Below, in pieces: positions 27,740-36,851 of a stretch of 56,171 nucleotides of DNA. The first letter of the stretch is position 1; every line of letters begins with the position of its first letter. Source of the stretch: an uncultured Staphylococcaceae bacterium (GTDB lineage: Bacteria; Bacillota_I; Bacilli_A; RFN20; CAG-826); contig CAYLSZ010000003.1 in assembly GCA_964386745.1 (NCBI GenBank), positions 1 through 56,171 of the forward strand, written 5' to 3'. The notes under the pieces were generated by a model. It ran no database searches and was not told the origin of the DNA. It was given only the letters and a program-made list of their open reading frames with translations. The position numbers were made by a program, and so were the translations under genes.

Positions 27740-28873
27740 TTAATAGGTTCTTACTGGAGTAACAACTTGGAGGATACTCTTGTCTTCATTATCGATAAGA
27801 ACGAATGGTTTCATTTCGCCATTGAAGCCAATTGCAACCTCAGGTGAACCAAAGGCTTTTACAGCTTGTTTTACGAATTCAGCATTAAGAGAAATTTCAA
27901 GTCTTTCGCCGCTATATTTGAAGTCGCTAAGTTCTTCAACACCACTACCATTTTGTTGTGATCTCGAACTAATCTCGACTCTATTTTCGGTCATAGTTAA
28001 TTTGACTATCGAATCTCTATCGCCAGTACTAAATAAACTTACACGGTCTAAAGCACTGATAAATTCTTTTGTGTTAATCAAAAGTTGGTATGGGCAACTT
28101 GTAAATTTAGGAATGATATTTTTGGTACTTGGATATTCGCCGCCAATCAAACTAGACGAGACAGTAGTTTTTTCTAATTCGAAAAGGATTTTGTTAGCAG
28201 CAACATAAACTTGGATTGTAGTTTCGTTAGTTATCATACCAATAACTTCTTGTAGCGATCTAACAGGAATGTTGACCTTAATTTTTTCAGGAATCTCAAG
28301 AAGAATTTCTTTTTGAGCTAAACGAGCGCCATCAGTTGCGGTAAATACAACTTTTGAAAGTTCACTTTCTAAATTGATAGCGGTTAATTGAGGTCTATTA
28401 CCAGCTTTGGTAGCAGCCGCAAAGCTTGTTTGGCTAACAGCCTTTGCAAGACTATCCGTATTCAATTCGATATGAACACCAGTTTCAGAGAAATCCATTT
28501 CTGCAAATTCTCTAGCATCTATGACGTTGAGTTGATATTCACTCTTATCAGTTCTTATATAAGCCATCGATTCGTCTAAGATTTCGAAACTTATTTCTTC
28601 GCATTCGAGTTTCTTTATAAGTTCATTAAATGAGTATGCAGGAACTAAAGTTGAACCAGGAATAACGTCTCTAATTATTTGGATACCGTTATTCACGACC
28701 GGAAGAATAGTTTGAATAGATAATTCTCCGTTTGATCCTGTTAAAGTTAGTTCAGTTTCGGTTAAAACTAATTTAATAAAGGTATACGCATGATTAGCAT
28801 GCTTTGAAGGACTAACTTTTGATGCTAGTGACAACCCTTTAATTAATTCTTCTCTGATGATTTTGAACTTCAT
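27740..28873 (-). CDS. dnaN: DNA polymerase III beta sliding clamp
   Basis: 377 aa with three-domain clamp pattern, immediately downstream of dnaA. RBS GGAGGGAG. Confidence 0.93.
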   Translation of the reverse strand: MKFKIIREELIKGLSLASKVSPSKHANHAYTFIKLVLTETELTLTGSNGELSIQTILPVVNNGIQIIRDVIPGSTLVPAYSFNELIKKLECEEISFEILDESMAYIRTDKSEYQLNVIDAREFAEMDFSETGVHIELNTDSLAKAVSQTSFAAATKAGNRPQLTAINLESELSKVVFTATDGARLAQKEILLEIPEKIKVNIPVRSLQEVIGMITNETTIQVYVAANKILFELEKTTVSSSLIGGEYPSTKNIIPKFTSCPYQLLINTKEFISALDRVSLFSTGDRDSIVKLTMTENRVEISSRSQQNGSGVEELSDFKYSGERLEISLNAEFVKQAVKAFGSPEVAIGFNGEMKPFVLIDNEDKSILQVVTPVRTY

Positions 28874-28929
28874 AATCTCCCTCCTTTTTATTTCTTTAAA
28901 TTATGATTTATAGTTATATTAATTATTCC

Positions 28930-28947
28930 TGTGGATAGTGTGGATAA
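28930..28947. promoter_or_regulatory. two tandem DnaA boxes in the dnaA-dnaN spacer
   Basis: TGTGGATAG (28930-28938) and TGTGGATAA (28939-28947), the complement of TTATCCACA. Confidence 0.8.
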
Positions 28948-28968
28948 CTCGTTTGTTTTTCCAAAAAG

Positions 28969-30342
28969 TTACGATTTATTCGACGAAATTTTTGTTTTGA
29001 GTTTGTTGATAACTCCAGGAATTTCTTTATCTTTTTTCAACATCCCTTCCACCTTGTTATAGCTATACATAATAGTCGCGTGGTCTCTATTTCCGAAGAC
29101 TTCTCCTATTTTTGTGTAAGGCGTATCTAACATTGTTCTAATTAAGTATATAGCAATTTGACGGGCAAAGACTATGTCTTTGGTTTTGATTTTTCCAGTA
29201 ATTTGACTGGAATTTATGCCGTAATACGTAGCAACTACATTAAGAATTCTTTGAATACTGATTTTGTTTTTGTTTGTTTTAGTGTCAATCAATGTGCTTA
29301 AAGCATCTTGAGTAACATCTATATCGATATGATCTAAATGGTTGATTGTGCAGTAAAAAACTAGCCTATTTAACGCGCCTTCTAGGCTTCTAATCGAGTC
29401 TTTAAAGGAGTCAGCGATGAAGTATAAAACGTCGTCATCGAAGGCTTTTACGTTATAGGTAGAATTGTCAATCTTCTTGCGTAAAATCTCTAAACAGAGG
29501 TCGGTTGTCGGTTTTTGAATCTCGACTGTTAAACCTCTAAGGAATCTAGTAACCAATCTATCGCTCAAACCACTTAATTCGGATGGTAAACGGTCGCAAG
29601 TGATGACAATTTGCTTTCCTTGGCGGATAAACGATTCAAAAACTGCAAAAAAGAACTCTTCTGTCTTGGTTTTGTTTTGTAAAAGTTGAATATCGTCGAC
29701 TAAAAACACATCAAAACCAAGAATAAAAACTTTTAGATCGTCTTCTTTTTTCTCACCACTAACGTATTTTATATATTCATCGACAAAATCTTGACTTGAA
29801 CAGAACAAAATTTTCTTAAGGGGTAGTTTTTCTCTAATGTAATTGCCAATAGCGTTAAGTAAATGTGTCTTACCTAAACCGGATTGGCTATATATAAATA
29901 ATGGGTTATAAAAATCTCCTGGATTAGATGCAACAATAAGAGCTGCGCTTTGCGCTTCTCTATTGGTTGGGCCTATAACAAAATTGTCAAACGTATATAA
30001 AGATTCTAAATAATTGTTAGGAAAGAACGGAGTTTTTTCAACTTTTGTTTCGGTCTTGTTTTTGTCAAGCAACGCTTCTTCTGTTTCAAAAATCATTTCG
30101 TAATTTGTGCCTGAAATACTGGTCACAATATCGCTTAACATGACGCTATATTTTTGAGAAATTAAAGTCGAGCTGAGTGAATTCGGACAACTAATCACCA
30201 TCTTGTTTGAGTCAACCGAAAAGATGTAAGTGTCTTTAAAAAACGCATCGTAAACACGTCTTTCGTTGACTTTTTCGCTAGTCACTTCAAGGACTTTTTT
30301 CCATAAATTATTCAGCTCATTAGTGTTTGAAATTCTTTCCAT
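28969..30342 (-). CDS. dnaA: chromosomal replication initiator DnaA
   Basis: AAA+ GLGKTHLLNAIGNY, FLVDDIQ, and a C-terminal domain IV (VFARQIAIYLIRTMLD...GNRDHATIMY). Confidence 0.97.
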   Translation of the reverse strand: MERISNTNELNNLWKKVLEVTSEKVNERRVYDAFFKDTYIFSVDSNKMVISCPNSLSSTLISQKYSVMLSDIVTSISGTNYEMIFETEEALLDKNKTETKVEKTPFFPNNYLESLYTFDNFVIGPTNREAQSAALIVASNPGDFYNPLFIYSQSGLGKTHLLNAIGNYIREKLPLKKILFCSSQDFVDEYIKYVSGEKKEDDLKVFILGFDVFLVDDIQLLQNKTKTEEFFFAVFESFIRQGKQIVITCDRLPSELSGLSDRLVTRFLRGLTVEIQKPTTDLCLEILRKKIDNSTYNVKAFDDDVLYFIADSFKDSIRSLEGALNRLVFYCTINHLDHIDIDVTQDALSTLIDTKTNKNKISIQRILNVVATYYGINSSQITGKIKTKDIVFARQIAIYLIRTMLDTPYTKIGEVFGNRDHATIMYSYNKVEGMLKKDKEIPGVINKLKTKISSNKS

Positions 30343-30705
30343 AAATTTTTTGTTCGGAAATATTCTAGCATTAATATAAAAAATAGAAATTAGGAAATTT
30401 TTGACTTCCTAGTTTTTCCACATTTTTGTGCAAAAATACCTTCGATTTTGCCTATATTTTTATGGTTTTCCACAACTTTTATTGTGGATAAACACCTCCA
30501 AATTGTGAAAAACTCAAAAAAGTTGAAAAAAACTCCTTAGTTTTCCATATTTTCAAAAAAATTGAACTAAAAAAAGTCTAGTATTTATCAATAAAAAACC
30601 GACTTTTCCACATATTTCAAAATCGTTTATTAACACTTGTTTAAATTGTGGAGATTTTGTTCATTACCCATTTTTAACCCCGAAACCACCCTCCACATCC
30701 TTTGT
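30343..30705. other. oriC: DnaA-box cluster with AT-rich stretches
   Basis: TTTTCCACA at 30414-22, 30466-74 and 30604-12. A perfect TGTGGATAA at 30483-91. Weaker boxes at 30504-12, 30541-49, 30647-55 and 30690-97. Gene orientation switches here. Confidence 0.85.
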
Positions 30706-30735
30706 TTGACATATATGTATAAATACATATATAAT
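30706..30735 (+). promoter_or_regulatory. sigma-70-type promoter of rpmH
   Basis: TTGACA (30706-11), 18-nt spacer, TATAAT (30730-35). Embedded in an AT-rich imperfect palindrome. GGAGG RBS at 30752-56. Confidence 0.55.
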
Positions 30736-30763
30736 TTATTTCGCAATTTTTTGGAGGCGTATT

Positions 30764-30901
30764 ATGAAAAGAACTTATCAACCTAGTAAATTACATAAAG
30801 CAAGAGTTAGTGGTTTTAGAGCTAGAATGGCCACTCCTACCGGAAGAAAAATCCTTGCTAACAGACGTGCAAAAGGCAGAAAAAATTTAGTTAACGCTTA
30901 A
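30764..30901 (+). CDS. rpmH: 50S ribosomal protein L34
   Basis: Hand translation gives [45 protein letters not shown]. Not in the ORF track because it is under 60 aa. Confidence 0.95.
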   Translation: MKRTYQPSKLHKARVSGFRARMATPTGRKILANRRAKGRKNLVNA

Positions 30902-30904
30902 TAA

Positions 30905-31240
30905 ATGAAGAAAAAGAATAGAGTCAAAAAATATTTAGAGTTTAAAAAAATCCTTAACAAACGAAAATTTTATCGAAATAGCAGATATTGCTTATATTAT
31001 CAAGAAAACGAACTTGATTATGCCCGTGTTGGGATACTTGTAACTAAGAAAAATGGAAATGCAGTTATAAGAAATAAAATAAAACGACAAGTTAGATCAG
31101 TGATAGACGAAGCGATGGATTTTACAAAAAATCTCGATGTAATCGTCGTCATATCACAAAAATACGATACGAACGAATTTGAATATAATAGGGAAAAACT
31201 CTTAGAACTCTTCTTGGCTCTATTAGGAGAAAAGAAATGA
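30905..31240 (+). CDS. rnpA: RNase P protein component
   Basis: 111 aa, basic, VGILVTKKNGNAVIRNKIKRQVR motif, downstream of rpmH. Confidence 0.9.
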   Translation: MKKKNRVKKYLEFKKILNKRKFYRNSRYCLYYQENELDYARVGILVTKKNGNAVIRNKIKRQVRSVIDEAMDFTKNLDVIVVISQKYDTNEFEYNREKLLELFLALLGEKK

Positions 31241-33483
31241 AAAAGAAAAATAAACGCTTTTTAGGGTTTACAGCTGTTTGTGGTGGCATAGTACTTCTAC
31301 TTGCTTCTTGTAGTAGTTTCTGTTCCGCTCAAGATAGCGCTAGCTATCGTTATGCTTATGACCCTGTTCATACTGATTTTTTCGAAACTGAAGAGGCCGC
31401 AAAAGAATATGTTTTAGAAACATTCCAAACCGGTGTTATAGAAGATACCACTACTTCAGTTTATTACGATTCGAGTAGAACTAACGAAATAACTTTAGAT
31501 AATGTTGGCGATATAACTATCGATTCTGTTGAAAACGGACAAATAGTTACAACTAGCCTTATTAAATCGACTGACGCAAGTGATAGCGACTTTAATTTCA
31601 CCGACGAAATCGCTCAAAATGGCGCAATCTATTATTTAGAATCTGGTGTTTATACGGTTTATTATGAAACTGTTGATGAAGACACTGGTGAAGGAACTGG
31701 TGAAACTGGTAGCGCGACTTTTGTATTTAGTAAAAATAGTTATATCCAAGCTTTAGAACTTGCTGGCACTACTTTAGCAAGCAATGCATCTTATACAAGT
31801 TTAAGCACCTTACCTGCTAATGCTTTTTGGAACATGCTCGATAGCAAAACTATCGATGAGATGATTTCAAAAGCAGAGGAAGATAACTATATTTCTAAAG
31901 TTGCATCAGAAAACGAAGGTATTACCCTTTACGAGTTTTTCTATGGTTATAGCGAGTTAGCTTATGATGATTACGTCGCTAATCCAACCGATGAAAAACT
32001 TGAAATTATGCTTAATGGTGGCGAATATGTCACCGATGATGGTCAAACTGACGATATTTTAGGAAGATATAATTCCTTATTTTCCATTTATGGGAAATAT
32101 AAATTTATTAGCGACGATACAGTCGACGAATTAAATATGGATGACGGTGAATACTGGGGCAAAATTACTCAATGGAACCAAGAAATTTATGAAGAAAATA
32201 ATTGTGTCGACGGTATCGTAATGAATACAGACTATCTCGCATATTATCAATCGCAATTAGATTCAACTGTTTCGAGTTTGAATAGTTGTATCACGATTAG
32301 TGAAGGATATTATGGACACGTATATGAAGATGCTTTATATGATGGCGTCTTGATGACTGATAAATCGAGTTGGGGCGACGCTTGGAGTCATGGTTGGCTC
32401 GAAGGTTTACTCGTTTTCCCAATTGCCTATATGGTTGAATACTTCTCCCACTCCTTCGGTATGAATGGTTGGGGACAAATTGCAGCTGTCTTACTTGTTA
32501 CTTTAATTGTTAGAGCGCTCTTCTCTTTGATTACGCTCCCTTCAACAATCCAACAACAAAAGATGCAAAACTTACAACCAGAAATGGCTAAGTTGCAACA
32601 AAAATATCCAAATTCTGATAGCAATGAATACGAAAAACAACGTTTAGCTCAGGCGCAGCTGAACCTATATAAACGACATAAAGTCCATCCATTCTTGTCG
32701 TTCCTTGTCTTATTTATACAATTCCCGCTCTTTATCTGTGTTTGGAATGGTATGCGAGGAGCTGCAAGTTTATCGGTTGATGCTATTTTTGGTCTTAGGT
32801 TAAGTGATACTATTTCGAGTGTTTTATTCACTTGGAGCAACTGGCCAGGTGCACAATGTTGGACTGCGTTAATCTTAATCTTGCTCATGTCAGGCGCCCA
32901 AATTATGGCTATGCTTCTTCCACAAATCTTACAAAAACGTAGGATGAAGAAGGTTAGTAATATGGTCACTAAGACCGTTAAGAGCGGCGCTCAAAATAAA
33001 TCTCAACGTCAAATGAAGATTGTTCAATGGGTTATGACGATCGTCATTATATTTATGGGTTTCACCTTACCATCTGCTATGGGCGTTTATTGGTTAGCTG
33101 GTGCTTTATTCTCAATGCTTCAAACCACAATTATGCATTTTGCTATGGCTAGAGGCAGCAATAGAAACGGACCAAAAACTATCGATAAAACCAAGACTAA
33201 AAAGGATAAAAAAGCCCCAAAAGATAAGTCTTTAGGTGCTTCTAAAAAGAAAGAAAAAGCCGAAAAAATCGAGACTGAAACTGTTGAAACTAAAAAGAAG
33301 AAAATCAACACCAAAGTCAACGAAGATAAAGTCATTGACGTAAAAGATTTATCTGAAAATAAGGTAGAAGAAACTCCTGCTCCAACTGAAGTTATTGATA
33401 CTCCAGTTACCGCAGAAGAAACTACTACCACTTCAACAGAAGACGTCATCGATATTGATGATTTAGCGAATAAAAATTCTTAA
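31237..33483 (+). CDS. yidC: membrane protein insertase YidC with large N-terminal lipoprotein domain and K/E/T-rich tail
   Basis: Lipobox LLLASCSS. An extracytoplasmic domain of about 365 aa. YidC/Oxa1 core (LPSTIQQQKMQNLQPEMAKLQQKY...HKVHPF...PSAMGVYW). Charged C-terminal tail of about 110 aa. Confidence 0.85.
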   Translation: MKKKNKRFLGFTAVCGGIVLLLASCSSFCSAQDSASYRYAYDPVHTDFFETEEAAKEYVLETFQTGVIEDTTTSVYYDSSRTNEITLDNVGDITIDSVENGQIVTTSLIKSTDASDSDFNFTDEIAQNGAIYYLESGVYTVYYETVDEDTGEGTGETGSATFVFSKNSYIQALELAGTTLASNASYTSLSTLPANAFWNMLDSKTIDEMISKAEEDNYISKVASENEGITLYEFFYGYSELAYDDYVANPTDEKLEIMLNGGEYVTDDGQTDDILGRYNSLFSIYGKYKFISDDTVDELNMDDGEYWGKITQWNQEIYEENNCVDGIVMNTDYLAYYQSQLDSTVSSLNSCITISEGYYGHVYEDALYDGVLMTDKSSWGDAWSHGWLEGLLVFPIAYMVEYFSHSFGMNGWGQIAAVLLVTLIVRALFSLITLPSTIQQQKMQNLQPEMAKLQQKYPNSDSNEYEKQRLAQAQLNLYKRHKVHPFLSFLVLFIQFPLFICVWNGMRGAASLSVDAIFGLRLSDTISSVLFTWSNWPGAQCWTALILILLMSGAQIMAMLLPQILQKRRMKKVSNMVTKTVKSGAQNKSQRQMKIVQWVMTIVIIFMGFTLPSAMGVYWLAGALFSMLQTTIMHFAMARGSNRNGPKTIDKTKTKKDKKAPKDKSLGASKKKEKAEKIETETVETKKKKINTKVNEDKVIDVKDLSENKVEETPAPTEVIDTPVTAEETTTTSTEDVIDIDDLANKNS

Positions 33484-33502
33484 TATATAAAGAGGTTTAG
33501 TT

Positions 33503-34192
33503 ATGAAAAGATATTCAGGTAAAAAAATGGATGAAGTTTTAGCAGAAGCCTGCAAAGCCGAAGGTGTAACACTTGAAAACCTCATCTACGAAGTTGAAGA
33601 AGAAAAAAATACTTTATTTAGAAAGGTGGCAACAATTAGAGTTTATGACACCGCCGATATGATTGAGTATGCCGAAAACTATTTAAAAAAAGTTATCGAA
33701 GGACTCGGCTTAGAGGTTTCGCTTAAAACTTTTTATCGCGATGGCGTTGCTAAAATCTTAATTGAAACCAACCGTAACGCATTAATTATTGGTAATAACG
33801 GTTCTACTCTTCAAGCTCTTAACGATTTAGTTAAGCTTGCAGTTAGTAGAAAATATAAAAGAAAAATGCGTATTTTACTCGATATAAGTGACTATAAAGA
33901 TAGAAAATATAAAAGATCTATCTTCGTCGCTAAAAAATGCGCTAAAGAAGTTTTAAAAACTCATGTCGATATTAAACTCGACCCAATGACACCAGACGAA
34001 AGAAAGAAAGTCCATAACGCTTTAGCAGTATTTAAAGATATTAAAACTGAATCTATTGGCGATGGAAAAGATAGAGCTATCGTAATTAAATACGTTGGTC
34101 CAACCAAAAAAGAACCAAAGAAATTTGTTAAAGAAAAAATAGTTGAAACTACTACTGAAAAAGAAGAAACTACAGTAAAAACTGAAGAATAA
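33503..34192 (+). CDS. khpB: Jag/KhpB RNA-binding protein (KH + R3H)
   Basis: R3H-like ERKKVHNALAVFKDIKTESIGDGKDRAIVI, in the conserved yidC-jag position. Confidence 0.85.
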   Translation: MKRYSGKKMDEVLAEACKAEGVTLENLIYEVEEEKNTLFRKVATIRVYDTADMIEYAENYLKKVIEGLGLEVSLKTFYRDGVAKILIETNRNALIIGNNGSTLQALNDLVKLAVSRKYKRKMRILLDISDYKDRKYKRSIFVAKKCAKEVLKTHVDIKLDPMTPDERKKVHNALAVFKDIKTESIGDGKDRAIVIKYVGPTKKEPKKFVKEKIVETTTEKEETTVKTEE

Positions 34193-34194
34193 AT

Positions 34195-35523
34195 ATGTTA
34201 GAAAAAACCATTGTAGCTCTTGCTACTCCACCTCTAAGAAGCGCTTTAGCAATCGTTAGATTGAGCGGAGAGGACTGTTTTGATGTTGTTTCCAACTTCT
34301 TTTCTAAGACTATAAATATCGACAAAAATAACGGAATTCTTCATGGATATATAAAAGATAAGGGTGAAATTATAGACGAAGTTGTTCTTTTATTTTATAA
34401 GCATCCTCATTCTTTTACTGGTGAAGATTCCGTTGAAATTATTTCTCATGGAACACCTTTTATCTTTAATAAGATTATTTCTTTAGCGATCGCTAATGGC
34501 GCTAGAATGGCCGAAAGAGGCGAGTTTACTAATAGAGCGTATCTAAATGGTAAGTTAGACCTCATTCAAGCTGAGTCTATTAATGATTTAATTAACGCCG
34601 AAACTGAAGAAAGTAAGAAAATTTCTATGATGGCTTTAACAGGTGAAACCATAAAAGAAATCTTACCTATTAAACAAGGCTTAGGTGACCTTTTAGCTAA
34701 CATTGAAGCTAACTTTGACTATAGCGAATATAACGATCTCATCGATATGGATTTTAAAAAAATAGTTGAGATCTGCAGGGTTATTTCTCAAAAAACGGAG
34801 TTTTTAATCAAAAATGCAGTCAAAGGAAAGATTATTAAAGATGGTGTAAATGTCGCTATTGTTGGTAAACCAAACGTCGGTAAATCATCTTTACTGAATT
34901 CGTTATTAAACGAAAATAAAGCTATCGTTTCTAGTTATGAAGGTACTACTCGAGATGTCGTTGAAGGCAGGATTAATCTTGGTGGAGTTATCTTAAATTT
35001 ATACGACACAGCGGGCATTCGCGAATCAAGCGATTATGTAGAATCAATCGGTATCTCGAAAAGTAAAGAGATTATTGAAAAGGCTGATATTATCCTTGCT
35101 CTATTCGATAGTGATAAATTTGATAAGGAAGATAATGAGATTTTAGACCTCATTAAAGACAAAAAATATATAAAAGTTTTTAATAAAAAGGACTCTGTTA
35201 AATACACCAAAAAAGGCGAAATTTTAATTAGCGCGTTGAATAATGATGTCGATGCTTTAAAGAATGAAATTCTTAAAATTTTAGGCATTGATGAAAAAGA
35301 TTTTAACACTCCTTCTTTAGCTAACGAACGCGAAATTGGTTTATTAAAAGGCGTTAAATCTGACCTTAATGAAGTTATAGAAAAAGCAAGCGCTGGTATT
35401 ACTATTGATATCCTTGTAGAAACTATAAAACAAGCCTATCTTAAAGTCTTATCTATCACTGGCGAAGTCTATGATTTTGATATGACAAAAGAGATTTTCT
35501 CAAGATTTTGCTTAGGTAAATAA
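34195..35523 (+). CDS. mnmE: tRNA modification GTPase MnmE
   Basis: G-domain GKPNVGKSSLLN, DTAGIRE, NKKD, and the C-terminal FCLGK motif. Confidence 0.95.
   Translation: MLEKTIVALATPPLRSALAIVRLSGEDCFDVVSNFFSKTINIDKNNGILHGYIKDKGEIIDEVVLLFYKHPHSFTGEDSVEIISHGTPFIFNKIISLAIANGARMAERGEFTNRAYLNGKLDLIQAESINDLINAETEESKKISMMALTGETIKEILPIKQGLGDLLANIEANFDYSEYNDLIDMDFKKIVEICRVISQKTEFLIKNAVKGKIIKDGVNVAIVGKPNVGKSSLLNSLLNENKAIVSSYEGTTRDVVEGRINLGGVILNLYDTAGIRESSDYVESIGISKSKEIIEKADIILALFDSDKFDKEDNEILDLIKDKKYIKVFNKKDSVKYTKKGEILISALNNDVDALKNEILKILGIDEKDFNTPSLANEREIGLLKGVKSDLNEVIEKASAGITIDILVETIKQAYLKVLSITGEVYDFDMTKEIFSRFCLGK
34756..34805 (-). repeat. dispersed ~50-bp repeat, copy J (reverse), inside mnmE
   Basis: AAAAAAATAGTTGAGATCTGCAGGGTTATTTCTCAAAAAACGGAGTTTTT. 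CTGCAG at 34773-34778. Translated as KKIVEICRVISQKTEF. Confidence 0.9.
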
Positions 35524-35524
35524 A

Positions 35525-36298
35525 ATGATTTTTGATACCCATATTCACTTAAACGAACCTCGAATTTTAGCTAATCTTGATGTTTATTTAGCTGAAGCGA
35601 TTTCTAAAGGAATTAATAATTTTCTTTGTGTTGGATGGGATGTGGATAGTAGTAAAAAAGCGGTCGAAATAGCTAATAATTACAAGGGAGTTTATGCCGC
35701 AGTTGGCGTTATCCCAACCGAACATAAAACTTGGGATAAAGATTCTATAGAAGAGATTAGAAAACTAGCAAAATCTAGTAAAAAAGTAGTCGCTATCGGA
35801 GAAATTGGTCTCGATTATTATTGGGAAAATAGCGACGAAATAAAAATAAAACAAAAAGAAATGTTTATAGCACAACTTCAACTCGCGGAAGAGCTAGATT
35901 TACCTATCTCTATTCACTGCCGCGACGCTATTCAAGATACTTTTGACATAGTCAAAAAATTCCCAAAAGTTAAAGGAATAATGCATTGTTATAGCGGATC
36001 TTATGAAATGGCTAAAGAATTTGCTAAGCTCGGCTATAAGATTGCATTAGGCGGTGCTTTAACATTTAAAAACGCGGTTAAACCTAAAGAAGTTTTAGAA
36101 AAATTAGACCTCAAAAACATAGTTTTTGAAACAGACGCTCCATATTTAGCGCCTATGCCATATCGTGGTAAGTTAAATGAACCTGCTTTTATATATGAAA
36201 CAGTGAAATTTGCTGCTAAATATTTGAATATGGATCAAGACGAGTTAGAAAATATCGCTTATAAAAACTCGTTAGAAATTTTACGTATCGATGAATAA
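35525..36298 (+). CDS. tatD: TatD-family metal-dependent DNase/hydrolase
   Basis: IFDTHIHLN, EIGLDYYW, HCRDA and FETDAPYL motifs. Confidence 0.9.
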   Translation: MIFDTHIHLNEPRILANLDVYLAEAISKGINNFLCVGWDVDSSKKAVEIANNYKGVYAAVGVIPTEHKTWDKDSIEEIRKLAKSSKKVVAIGEIGLDYYWENSDEIKIKQKEMFIAQLQLAEELDLPISIHCRDAIQDTFDIVKKFPKVKGIMHCYSGSYEMAKEFAKLGYKIALGGALTFKNAVKPKEVLEKLDLKNIVFETDAPYLAPMPYRGKLNEPAFIYETVKFAAKYLNMDQDELENIAYKNSLEILRIDE

Positions 36299-36851
36299 AT
36301 TAAAAATAGATAATTTGATAGTTGTTGAAGGCAAAACTGATATAGATTTTTTATCTAGTTTTATCGATGGAAAATTCTATTCAGTGAATGGTTCTTTCAT
36401 TTCTATAGATGACTTAAATTATCTAAAAGAGGTCAATAAAAAGAATAAAATCATCGTTCTAACTGATCCTGATTATCCTGGATTATCGATTAGAAATAAG
36501 ATAAACGAATATTTAGGTAACGATGTTTATAACGCTTATGTTCGTAAAGAATATTCGATTAAAAATCATAAAGTTGGCGTAGCTGAATCGACCAAACAAG
36601 AGGTTATTAACGCTTTAAGCAACCTAAAACTATATAAAAGCGACGTTACAAGCGATTTAAAAAATATAGATTTGTTTGAACTAGGACTATCAGGACAAGA
36701 CTCATACGAATTAAGAAAAGAGTTATGCGATACTTACAATATCGGTTATTCTAATAGCAAACAACTCTTAAAGAAATTAAAATTATTAGGTATCAATAAA
36801 ACTGATTTAAACGAGATGGTGAAAAATGTTAACACAAAAAGAGATAATTGA
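36291..36851 (+). CDS. rnmV: ribonuclease M5 (Toprim)
   Basis: LIVVEGKTDIDFL and LTDPDYPG Toprim motifs, in the conserved tatD-rnmV-rsmA order. Confidence 0.85.
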   Translation: MNKLKIDNLIVVEGKTDIDFLSSFIDGKFYSVNGSFISIDDLNYLKEVNKKNKIIVLTDPDYPGLSIRNKINEYLGNDVYNAYVRKEYSIKNHKVGVAESTKQEVINALSNLKLYKSDVTSDLKNIDLFELGLSGQDSYELRKELCDTYNIGYSNSKQLLKKLKLLGINKTDLNEMVKNVNTKRDN

